64,000 nt of DNA, from NCBI GenBank assembly GCA_919901745.1, contig CAKKPP010000004.1, positions 121,818 to 185,817 of the forward strand, in the 5' to 3' direction. Under the pieces are notes generated by a model. It was not told the DNA's origin. It ran no database searches and saw nothing but the letters and a program-made list of their open reading frames with translations. Both the position numbers and the translations under genes were made by a program. Below, in pieces: positions 30,761 to 38,986 of the stretch; position 1 is the stretch's first letter; each line of letters opens with the position of its first letter. The DNA comes from Chloroflexota bacterium (GTDB taxonomy: Bacteria > Chloroflexota > Limnocylindria > Limnocylindrales > CSP1-4).

Positions 30761-31794
30761 TCATCCTCCTTGGCGGGCCGATCCGTCAACGATAGCGTGC
30801 GCCTTGGTACGCGGCGACCGAAGGCCCGACTCTTCAGGTCGAGGGCGCGCGGATCGAGGGAGCTCGCGAGTTCGTCGCCAGGCGGCAGGCCGGCGATGTA
30901 CGCCGCCCGACCCAGCCGCTCCATCTTCGTCAGCGCAGCGGTCCAGGAGAGAGCGGCGAGCCCACCGGCCGTCCCGAGCCCGACGCGAACGAGCCCGCGC
31001 CCGCCCGTCGAAGCCGCGTAGCGCGTCGCCCAGACCAGGAGTTCGGGGCCGTCGTCGCTGCCCTCGGTGGTTCGGAGCGCGCCACAGACGATGCCCCACG
31101 ATTCGGTGGCACGGGCAATGAGGCGCCAGTTGTCCGGCCCGGCGATCAGGTCGACCGCGAGGCTCTGATACCCGTCGACGAGGATGGTCTCCGGCCCGGC
31201 CGCGTCCGCGTTTCCTCCGGTAATGACCAGCGAGAGGTGCGCGCCGTGGACGCCCTCGACGAGGACCGCCTGCGCGGCCTTGAACCGACGACGCTCAGCC
31301 GGGTCCTCGCCGATCAGCGTCGCGTCCGGTTCGTGGATCTCGATGTAGGGGCAACCGGCATCGATCAAGTCGTGGATCCGTCCGTTGACCACGCGCGCGG
31401 CGTGGTTCGAGGCGGCGTTCCGATCCGAGGCGGCGTCCCGCCCATCGGCGACACCACCGTCGGCCAGTCGGCGCCCGAGCGTGTACGGCCCGGGGAGGGC
31501 CTGCTTGACCATCACTTCGGTGCACCCGGCGGCGAAGCGCCAGTCATCGACGGCCGATTCGCCCGCATCGTTGGGGGAGACAACATCGAAGGGATCGGCG
31601 AGACGCAGCCCGCCGTCCGTGATCGGCTCGAGGCCCGCCTGTTCCTGCGCCCGGATTGCCTCGCGAACGAGGTCGTCAACGCTGCGCACACGATCGCGCC
31701 CGCCGCCACCGTCGCCGGTGTGGTCGATGGCAGGTTGGGGCCGTGGAAGCGGCCCAAGGAGGGTTCCGAACATGGGCTGCCGATCGTAGCGCAT
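30757..31794 (-). CDS. MetE/UROD-like (cobalamin-independent methionine synthase family) protein
   Basis: 345 aa with Meth_synt_2-like elements (GPYTLGRR, CPYIEIHEPDA, VCGAL). ATGA overlap with the aminotransferase. The assignment is family-level only. Confidence 0.5.
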   Translation of the reverse strand: MRYDRQPMFGTLLGPLPRPQPAIDHTGDGGGGRDRVRSVDDLVREAIRAQEQAGLEPITDGGLRLADPFDVVSPNDAGESAVDDWRFAAGCTEVMVKQALPGPYTLGRRLADGGVADGRDAASDRNAASNHAARVVNGRIHDLIDAGCPYIEIHEPDATLIGEDPAERRRFKAAQAVLVEGVHGAHLSLVITGGNADAAGPETILVDGYQSLAVDLIAGPDNWRLIARATESWGIVCGALRTTEGSDDGPELLVWATRYAASTGGRGLVRVGLGTAGGLAALSWTAALTKMERLGRAAYIAGLPPGDELASSLDPRALDLKSRAFGRRVPRRTLSLTDRPAKEDE

Positions 31795-31905
31795 TGCCGC
31801 CCCGAGCCCGTATCGGCCGCGCTGCCTCGAGTCCGTCGGGAGTTCGGCTTACACGCCGCTTACAACCGCATCACGGGCGCCGTTGACCGCGGCGTATCCT
31901 CGCTC

Positions 31906-32596
31906 GGTGAAGACCATCCTGATCGTCGACGACGAGCGCCACATCGTGGACCTGCTCCGCCTCTATCTGGAGAAGGAGGGCTATGCCGTCGTGGCCGCCG
32001 CTGACGGCGAAGAGGCGCTCGTCCTCCACGCACGGCACGACCCGTCGCTCGTGATCCTCGATCTGATGCTCCCCAAGGTCGACGGCTTCGAAGTCTGTCG
32101 CGAGCTGCGCCGCCGCGGGGACACGCCGATCATCATGTTGACCGCGCGCTCGGACGATGTCGACGCGGTCGTGGGGCTCGAGCTGGGTGCCGACGACTAC
32201 GTCACGAAGCCGTTCAACCCACGCGCCCTGGTGGCCCGAGTTCGAGCGGTTCTGCGCCGGACCGATGTCACGTCGCGCGGCGGCCGACCGATCGAGGTGG
32301 GCGACCTGCGGATCGAGCCGCGCCGCCGCGAAGCGCACATCGGCGAGCGGCGTCTCGACCTCCGCGCCCGGGAGTTCGACCTGCTCGCGGCGCTGGCCCG
32401 CGATCCGGGGGTGGTGCTCACCCGCGACATGCTCCTCGAGCACGTCTGGGGCACCGACTTTCCGGGCGAGACGCGGACGGTCGACGTCCATATCGGTGAG
32501 GTCCGCAAGAAACTCGGTGATGACGGCCCCGCGATCGAGACGGTTCGCGGGCTGGGCTATCGCCTCGTGCCACCTGCCCGGCAACCCCACCCGTGA
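31906..32596 (+). CDS. OmpR/PhoB-family response regulator
   Basis: Receiver domain VKTILIVDDE...D...MLTA, plus a winged-helix C-terminus (LTRDMLLEHVWG...VDVHI..LR.K). GTG 31906 chosen. TTG 31883 is the track start. Confidence 0.8.
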
Positions 32597-34020
32597 TCCC
32601 GCGCGGCCTCACCACCCGGATCCTTGCCGCATTCCTCGCCCTGTCCCTGGCAATTCTCGTCGGAATGGGTGGGGCGCTGTTCCTCGTGCTCCGGGGTCTG
32701 CACGCGGAGGCCACCCAGTCGGCGCTGATCGACCTGTCCGACTCCATCCTTCCGCAGCTTCGGACGAGCATCGCCGAGGGCAACCTGCGGGGCGCCATCG
32801 CAGAGATCCAGGGGCGACTGGATCAGCGCGACATCGATGTCCTGGTCGTGACGCCCGACGGAGGTCTGAGGACGCTGGCCGGAACGCCCGTCCCCGGTGC
32901 CCCGATCACGGTGCCGCCTGACGGCATCGGCGTGACCTCACAGGGCGTCACCACCCTTGACGACGGCCGCAGAACGGCATACGCGGCCACGTCGATCCGG
33001 GCGCGCTCCGGGACGGGCGTGCGAGCGATCGCCTTCGTGACCCCCGATCGGTCGGGTGCGCTCGCCCTCGCCGACCTTGGCCGGACGATCCCGGGACTCG
33101 TGTTCGTCCTGCTCGTCGTCGGCGCGCCGCTCGCGTGGCTGCTCTCGCGCTCGGTGACGACGCCCCTCCAGCGTCTCGCTGCGGCCACCGCCGACGTGCC
33201 CAGCACCAGCCCGGGGCCGATCCCGCCATCCGGGCCGACCGAGGTCCGCGAGCTGACGGCGCGGTTCAACTCGATGACCGAGGAACTGGACCGAACGCGG
33301 GCGAGCGAGGCTGAGCTGCTGGCGAATCTCCGCCACGACCTGCGCACACCGCTCACCGTGATCGGGGGATTTGCCCAGGCGCTCCAGGACGGAACGGCAA
33401 TCGGCGACGACGCGGTAAAAGCAGCTCGGACCATTGCCGAGGAGGCCGAGCGGCTGGAGCGAATGGTCGACCAGCTGGGCGCCTTCGAGCGGATCCGCAG
33501 CGGTGACGACGGGCTCCGGCCCGAGCCACTTGACGCGGCCGCCCTGGTGGAATCGACCGTCGCCCGTTTCTCGGCTCGTGCCGCGGAAGGTGGGGTCGCC
33601 CTGGCCGTGGCCACGTCCGCGGAACGGCCGGCTACGTTCGCCGGCGATCGACTCGCCGTCGAGCGCATCCTGGGCAACCTGGTCGGCAACGCGCTCGACG
33701 TGGTGCGCCGTGGTGGGCACATCTGGGTCGCGGCCACGGGCGTTGAAACCGCGTCGGGCGTGCCTGGACCGGCTGTGGTCCTGAGCGTCACGGACGACGG
33801 GCCGGGATTCCCGCCGGGCGCTACCGAGCGGGTGTTCGACCGCTTCTACCGCGCTGATCCGGCGCGGGCCGGCGCGGGGTCGGGGCTGGGGTTGACCATC
33901 GTCCGTGAACTGGCGCGCGCCCACGGCGGGACGGCGATCGCGGAGAACGTGGCGCCGCACGGAGCGAGGGTCAGCGCAATCCTGCCGGTCGTGCCGCGAC
34001 CCGTGGACGGGCGGCCCTGA
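32593..34020 (+). CDS. Sensor histidine kinase (TM-HAMP-HisKA-HATPase)
   Basis: H-box LRHDLRTPLTVIGGFAQAL, N/G boxes (GNALDVV, DDGPGFP, GSGLGLTIV). 4-nt overlap with the response regulator. Confidence 0.85.
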   Translation: MIPRGLTTRILAAFLALSLAILVGMGGALFLVLRGLHAEATQSALIDLSDSILPQLRTSIAEGNLRGAIAEIQGRLDQRDIDVLVVTPDGGLRTLAGTPVPGAPITVPPDGIGVTSQGVTTLDDGRRTAYAATSIRARSGTGVRAIAFVTPDRSGALALADLGRTIPGLVFVLLVVGAPLAWLLSRSVTTPLQRLAAATADVPSTSPGPIPPSGPTEVRELTARFNSMTEELDRTRASEAELLANLRHDLRTPLTVIGGFAQALQDGTAIGDDAVKAARTIAEEAERLERMVDQLGAFERIRSGDDGLRPEPLDAAALVESTVARFSARAAEGGVALAVATSAERPATFAGDRLAVERILGNLVGNALDVVRRGGHIWVAATGVETASGVPGPAVVLSVTDDGPGFPPGATERVFDRFYRADPARAGAGSGLGLTIVRELARAHGGTAIAENVAPHGARVSAILPVVPRPVDGRP

Positions 34021-34037
34021 AATCCCCCGATCACGGC

Positions 34038-35264
34038 TTATCCCAGGCGCAGGTCGGTCCCGACGACGATCCCGATCGCGAGCACCAGGATCAGGGCGAC
34101 GACCCCGATCATCGGGAGCAGCATCGACCGACCGGAACCGGTCGAGACGGCGGCCTCGCCGGGACGCCGGAAGGCGCTGCGGAGCGTCGGCACCCGGCCT
34201 GGAGCGATCAGGAATCCGAGCCACAGCCCGCTGACGAGACCGCCGATGTGGGCCGCGTTGTCGATGAAGCTCGCGGCCAGGAAACCGAACGCGAGGTTGA
34301 TCACGATGAGCGTCCCGATCTGGGTCACCAGGCTCCGGCTGCGCCGATCGATCAACGGGTTGTGGCGCCGCGTCGTCGCGAGGATGAGACCGAACATCCC
34401 GAACACCGCTCCGGAGGCCCCCACGGAGTCCTGTGGCCCGCCGAACACGAAGCTGCCGACTGAGCCGCCGGCGGCGCACAACAGGTAGAACAAGACGAAC
34501 AGTCGCGAACCGTACAGGCGCTCCACGAGCGGCCCCACGAGATAGAGCGCGTACATGTTGAACCCGAGATGGAGCAGGTTGTTCGGGGCATGAAGGAGCG
34601 TCACCGTCCACAGGCGCCAGTACTCGCCGTGGGCCACCGCCAGCTTGTCGAGCGCCAGTGCCTGGTAGAAGGCGAACCCATCGCCAGACATGGCCGTGAC
34701 CGAAACGATGACCGTGATCCCGATGATCACCCACGCCGCCATCACCGCCGGACCGTCGCGACGGCTCCGCGCGAAGTACCGCCTCGCCGCGCCGGCGTTG
34801 CCCGTCTCCTTCGCCAGCCAGCCGAGCCGGGTCGCGATCTCGGGTTTGTCGTCCACCGGAGCCCGCCGATCGGCCTCGCGATAGGCGGTGGCCGCGCCCG
34901 CCAGGTCACCGTCGCGCACGCGCGCCGCGGCGACTTCGCGCCATGCCCGGTACGTGGCTGGATTCTCGGCCAGCTCGAGAATCGACTCCCAGGTCGCGAC
35001 CGCCGCGGCTTCGTCATCGAGGCGATACATGGCCTGGCCGAGTCCGAGGAGCGCGGCGCCGGTCACCGCCGGATCGTCGAAACCGACGACGCGCCGGTAG
35101 TGCTGCGCGGCGTCGGCGAATTCGCCCAGCTGGAGCAGATCGGCAGCCCGATCGAGCAGGCCCGCCGCCTGATCGCGCGTGAGCGGGCCGTTGTCGATCG
35201 TCCTCCGCCCGGATTCGCCCGACGATGTACCTGGCGCGCGCTCGGGTGGGTTGGCCTCGGTCAT
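34038..35264 (-). CDS. Rhomboid-family intramembrane serine protease with N-terminal TPR domain
   Basis: ATG 35264 (MTEANPP). TPR-like repeats. Rhomboid core with the GASGAVFG serine motif and the catalytic histidine in AAHIGGLVSG. Confidence 0.8.
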   Translation of the reverse strand: MTEANPPERAPGTSSGESGRRTIDNGPLTRDQAAGLLDRAADLLQLGEFADAAQHYRRVVGFDDPAVTGAALLGLGQAMYRLDDEAAAVATWESILELAENPATYRAWREVAAARVRDGDLAGAATAYREADRRAPVDDKPEIATRLGWLAKETGNAGAARRYFARSRRDGPAVMAAWVIIGITVIVSVTAMSGDGFAFYQALALDKLAVAHGEYWRLWTVTLLHAPNNLLHLGFNMYALYLVGPLVERLYGSRLFVLFYLLCAAGGSVGSFVFGGPQDSVGASGAVFGMFGLILATTRRHNPLIDRRSRSLVTQIGTLIVINLAFGFLAASFIDNAAHIGGLVSGLWLGFLIAPGRVPTLRSAFRRPGEAAVSTGSGRSMLLPMIGVVALILVLAIGIVVGTDLRLG

Positions 35265-35345
35265 CGAGGGGACTCTACTAGACTGGACCGGAACCAATCG
35301 CGACCTCCGGTCGCGAGGGTCACCAGGATGAGGATCGCTCGGCCG

Positions 35346-36020
35346 ATGTGCGGTCGATTCGCCCAGCAGCGCACGTCGTCGGACCTCGCCGAGATCTTCG
35401 ACGCCGAGGATCTCGCCGACGATCCGGGCGGACGCTTCAACGTGGCCCCGACGGACGACGCCGTGGTGGTCGTCCAGCGCGATGATCGGCGCGCCATCAC
35501 CCGCTATCGGTGGGGCCTGATCCCCCACTGGGCCACGGACCGACGGATCGGATCGCGCCAGATCAATGCCCGCGGCGAGCGCCTCGCATCGAGCCCCACG
35601 TTCCGCGCTGCCTTCCGCCGCCGACGCTGCATCGTCCCGGTCGATTCGTTCTACGAGTGGCGCAGGACCGGCGCGACGCGCCAGCCGTATCGGATCGCCC
35701 GGACCGACGGCAGGCCCCTGGCGCTGGCCGGCCTCTGGGCCGGATGGCACGACCCGGACAGCGACCAGGTTGTCCGAACGTTCACGATCGTCACGACCAC
35801 CCCGAACGAACTCGTCGCCGAGATCCACGATCGCATGCCGGTGGTCCTCCCCGACGATGCCTGGCGACGCTGGATCGATCCCGACAACCCCGACGTGGCG
35901 GAACTGCATGGTCTTCTCGTGCCTGCACGGGAAGGCTTCCTGTTGACCCATCCGGTGAGCACGCTCGTCAACAACGTCCGGAACAACGGACCGGAGCTCA
36001 TCGACCCGATCGAGGCCTGA
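35346..36020 (+). CDS. SOS-response-associated peptidase (SRAP / YedK / HMCES family)
   Basis: Starts MCGRF (the catalytic Cys2 hallmark). Ends with the conserved PVSTLVNNVRNNGPELI region. Divergent from the rhomboid gene. Confidence 0.8.
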   Translation: MCGRFAQQRTSSDLAEIFDAEDLADDPGGRFNVAPTDDAVVVVQRDDRRAITRYRWGLIPHWATDRRIGSRQINARGERLASSPTFRAAFRRRRCIVPVDSFYEWRRTGATRQPYRIARTDGRPLALAGLWAGWHDPDSDQVVRTFTIVTTTPNELVAEIHDRMPVVLPDDAWRRWIDPDNPDVAELHGLLVPAREGFLLTHPVSTLVNNVRNNGPELIDPIEA

Positions 36021-36065
36021 TGGGCTGGCCCGCGATGGGCTGGCCCGCGATGGGCTGGCCCGCAA
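36019..36065. repeat. 3 x 15-bp perfect tandem repeat (GATGGGCTGGCCCGC) in a convergent intergenic region
   Basis: Direct reading: gatgggctggcccgc repeated three times, immediately after the SRAP stop and 19 nt before the stop of the converging PfkB-like gene. Confidence 0.8.
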
Positions 36066-36083
36066 CGGCCCGGCCACGGCGCA

Positions 36084-36857
36084 TCAGCCGGTGGCGCGTT
36101 CCCCGGACAGCGCCGCCAGACCGGCACCGAACGCCGTCGCCGGATCCGCTCCGGCGTCGACCGCCGCCAGGTAACGGCCGACGAGCAGGGCGAACATCGC
36201 GGCATCTCCACCCTGAGGGGCGGCCAGCACGAGCGCTCCGAGCGGCACGTGTTCGAGTGCCGCCACGCCGCTGGCTTCCTCGCTCGCAACGATGACCGTC
36301 AGATGCGCGCCGGCCGCGGCAGCCTCGGCGACGGCGACCGCGATCAGGCCCTCCCCGGGCTCGACGAGCGCCACGACGCGGACGTCCGGGAGGTAGCGCA
36401 GGGCCAGCTCGACGTCCCCGGCATCGAGGGTCGGGCGCCCGGACCGATCGTCGATCTTCAGCTCGCCCGGGAGATCAGCGGCAAACCACCCCGCGTGGCC
36501 ATCGCCGTCACCGTCGCCGTGGCCGTGGCCGTGGCCGTGGCGGTCGCCGTCACCGTCTCCCTCCAGGAGCAGCGGATTCCCATCGTCCCCATCGCGCTCC
36601 GATGTGGCCGGGACGCGGACGACAGGCGTGCGGTGACCGGCGTCGCGCAGCATCGCAACGTGACCGATCCCGGCGCGACCCAGGGCCAGGACCGCGGCGT
36701 CACCATCAGGATCGTCGCCGACCTTGCCGATCAGCTGGACGACGCCTCCCGCCTCGACCGCGGCGACCGCGATGGCGGCGGCCAGACCGGCCGGCACTGG
36801 GTCCGGGATCGAGGCCTCGACGATGGCCAGCACAGGATCTCCGACGATCGCGATCAT
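36084..36857 (-). CDS. PfkB/ribokinase-like domain protein with internal (DG)n(HG)n low-complexity insertion
   Basis: N-terminus MIAIVGDPVLAIV...GGVVQLIGKVGDDPDGDAAVLAL (PfkB N-like). C-terminus ...GDAAMFALLVGRYLAAVDAG (PfkB C-like). Insertion DGDGDRHGHGHGHGDGDGDGH is encoded by a (gccgtg)n-type repeat at 36480-36560. Possibly degenerate. Confidence 0.45.
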   Translation of the reverse strand: MIAIVGDPVLAIVEASIPDPVPAGLAAAIAVAAVEAGGVVQLIGKVGDDPDGDAAVLALGRAGIGHVAMLRDAGHRTPVVRVPATSERDGDDGNPLLLEGDGDGDRHGHGHGHGDGDGDGHAGWFAADLPGELKIDDRSGRPTLDAGDVELALRYLPDVRVVALVEPGEGLIAVAVAEAAAAGAHLTVIVASEEASGVAALEHVPLGALVLAAPQGGDAAMFALLVGRYLAAVDAGADPATAFGAGLAALSGERATG

Positions 36858-36920
36858 CTCGTGAGAGTAGCGCAGCCGCGCGGAGATCCGAGGTGGCCTG
36901 CCCGCGAACGAGTGCCCCGA

Positions 36921-37685
36921 CTACGGATTCGGCGTGTCGGATGGGTGCGGCGTATCCGACGGCTTCGGCGAGCCAGAACTCTCGGGCGTCTCGGACGGAT
37001 CCGGGGATCCCGATGGCGATCCCGACGGCGAGGCCGATGGTGAGCCCGACGGTGAGGCGGATGGCGAGGCCGACGGGGAGCCCGACGGTGAGGCCGATGG
37101 TCGTGCCGACGTGCCCGGGGATCCCGCAGCCGATGGCTCGGGCGAATCAGACGGTTCAACGGTCCCGCTCGGGGATGGCGATGCGGAGGGCGACGGGGCG
37201 GGCGTCGGGCTGGCCGATGGCTCCGGTGAGGAACTCGGCGACGGGAGCACGATCGGACTCGATGGAGGCGGACTGTCCAGGAGCCCGAGGGCACCGGCGG
37301 TGCCCAGCACGGCACCACCACCGAGCGTCAGACCCAGGGCACCCACCGCGACGAGGTAGGCGAGGGCCGCGGCCCGGGCCATGATCGGTCGACCCGCGCC
37401 TAGGCTGACCATGGCGAACGCGGCACGAACGCTTGCCACGATGCCGCCGATCCCCGACTCCCGCAGTGGCGTCCCGATGGCGATCGCAGCCCGTGGCGCG
37501 GGTTCCTGCGCGATGGCGGCCAGGACGGAGTCGACGAAACCGGGCGTCGGCTGGATGGGGTCCAGGACCGCGGCCGATTCGAGTTCACGGCCCATCTCGA
37601 GAGCGTTCCGCCGATCGGATCCGGCGCCGTAGCCGGCCGATTCGTCGTCAAGTTCACTGTCATGGAACGGCTGCCAGGACGTCAT
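36921..37685 (-). CDS. Putative anti-sigma factor: single-TM protein with Ser/Pro-rich extracytoplasmic tail
   Basis: Immediately downstream of the ECF sigma gene with an ATGA overlap. Hydrophobic segment AALAYLVAVGALGLTLGGGAVLG. C-terminal (SPSASP/EPS)n repeats encoded by DNA tandem repeats at 36940-37240. No zinc (HxxxCxxC) motif. Confidence 0.45.
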   Translation of the reverse strand: MTSWQPFHDSELDDESAGYGAGSDRRNALEMGRELESAAVLDPIQPTPGFVDSVLAAIAQEPAPRAAIAIGTPLRESGIGGIVASVRAAFAMVSLGAGRPIMARAAALAYLVAVGALGLTLGGGAVLGTAGALGLLDSPPPSSPIVLPSPSSSPEPSASPTPAPSPSASPSPSGTVEPSDSPEPSAAGSPGTSARPSASPSGSPSASPSASPSGSPSASPSGSPSGSPDPSETPESSGSPKPSDTPHPSDTPNP

Positions 37686-38401
37686 CGTCCGTCCCTCCCC
37701 GACATCTCGTCGCGCAGCCGCAGCAGCCCCCGACGGAGGTGCGTCTTCACGGTTGGCACAGGCCTGCCGGTGAGATCGGCGATCTCCGCGAGCGACCGCT
37801 CAGCGAAGAAGCGCAGGGCGACAACTTCGCTGTAGGGATCGCCCAGTCGGGCCACCGCACGGCGCAGCTCGGCAGCTCGCTCGGCGCGGACGGAGATGGC
37901 GGCAGGATCGTGGCGGTCGCTCGAAGCCGGGACGTCGATGATCTCGATTGAACTTCCGTCGCCACGAGCCGCGGCGGCAGGGCGGGCCAGGTCGATCCTG
38001 ACCACGGAACGACGGGCACGTACCCGACGAAGCGCCAGGCGCAACCCGATCCGCGTCAACCACGCGCCAAACGGCCCCTCGGCACGCCACGACTCGAGCG
38101 AGCGGTACGCGATCACGAACGCCTCCTGGGCAACATCCTCGGCCTCGTGCAGATCACCGAGGATCCGGCAGCAGGCTCGCACGAGAGACGGCCCCTCGCG
38201 CTCGACGAGCGGCCGAAACGCATCACGGTCGCCCGCGAGGACGGCTCCGACGGCCTCGCGCTCTGTCGAAGCCGTCGGAGCGGAACGTTCAGGACTGAAC
38301 GGGTCGAGTGCGATGGATGTGCCCCCGTCGACTGGGCCGGCTGTGCCTGGATGGGCCAAACGTGGACGTTCATCATGAACCGTCGACACGTCCTTGTGCA
38401 C
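37682..38401 (-). CDS. ECF-type RNA polymerase sigma factor
   Basis: Region 2 (VAQEAFVIAYRSLESW...FGAWLTRIGLRLA) and region 4 (SEVVALRFFAERSLAEIADLTGRPVPTVKTHLRRGL). An N-terminal extension of about 55 aa means the start may be further downstream. Confidence 0.75.
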   Translation of the reverse strand: MHKDVSTVHDERPRLAHPGTAGPVDGGTSIALDPFSPERSAPTASTEREAVGAVLAGDRDAFRPLVEREGPSLVRACCRILGDLHEAEDVAQEAFVIAYRSLESWRAEGPFGAWLTRIGLRLALRRVRARRSVVRIDLARPAAAARGDGSSIEIIDVPASSDRHDPAAISVRAERAAELRRAVARLGDPYSEVVALRFFAERSLAEIADLTGRPVPTVKTHLRRGLLRLRDEMSGRDGR

Positions 38402-38412
38402 GACCCCGGCAG

Positions 38413-38853
38413 TCAGTCGTCGTCGCTGCTGCCGCCGTCGTCGTGCCCACCGTCAGAGCCCGAGTCGTCGTGCTCGGAGTCGCCGTTGTCATCGTTGTCA
38501 TCGTTGTCATCGTTGTCATCGTCGTCATCGTCGTGATCGTCGCTCGACTCGGGGCTCTCGCTCGGCTCGGCGGTCTCGGCGGCCTGGGCAGCCTCGGGGC
38601 TCGCACTCGATTCGGGGCTCTCGCTCGGCTCGGCGGTCTCGGCGGCCTCGGGGCTCTCGCTCGGCTCGGCGGTCTCGCTGGCCTCGGGGCTCTCGCTCGG
38701 CTCGGCCGTGGCGAGGTTCTCAGTCCCGATGGTGGGATCGGCGCTGGCCGCGGGCGATCCGAGGGCATCCGAACCGAGGACCCCGCCCACGAGGACAAAG
38801 ATTGAAATGATGGCCGGCGCCAGCGAGCGCACAAGGCGACGACGTTCGGTCAT
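38413..38853 (-). CDS. Secreted/anchored acidic repeat protein (AEPSESPE repeats + poly-Asp/Asn tail)
   Basis: N-terminal signal/anchor LAPAIISIFVLVGGVLG. 4-5 copies of ETAEPSESPE[A/S]. C-terminal DDHDDDDDDNDDNDDNDDNGDSEHDD. Encoded by 36-nt DNA tandem repeats (38551-38726) and a 9-nt gttgtcatc x4 repeat (38487-38522). Confidence 0.55.
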   Translation of the reverse strand: MTERRRLVRSLAPAIISIFVLVGGVLGSDALGSPAASADPTIGTENLATAEPSESPEASETAEPSESPEAAETAEPSESPESSASPEAAQAAETAEPSESPESSDDHDDDDDDNDDNDDNDDNGDSEHDDSGSDGGHDDGGSSDDD

Positions 38854-38986
38854 GAGTCTGATCTCCAGGATGCGGCCGGTCGTTCAACAACCGGCATCTG
38901 TCCACTTGAGACATCGCCCCGGGAAAAGGTTTCAGATCGGCAGCGACGAGCCGGGCGCGCATGCCGCGCCGCCGACTCGGCGCGGA

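Noticed and set aside
34569-35345. N-terminal 259 codons of 483-aa ORF 34569..36020
   Set aside because: Antisense to the rhomboid gene. SRAP proteins start with the MCGRF motif found at 35346.
36458-36560. Short (gccgtg)n-like repeat array considered as a CRISPR or other non-coding repeat
   Set aside because: It is in frame within the PfkB-like gene and encodes the HG/DG insertion. There is no spacer structure.
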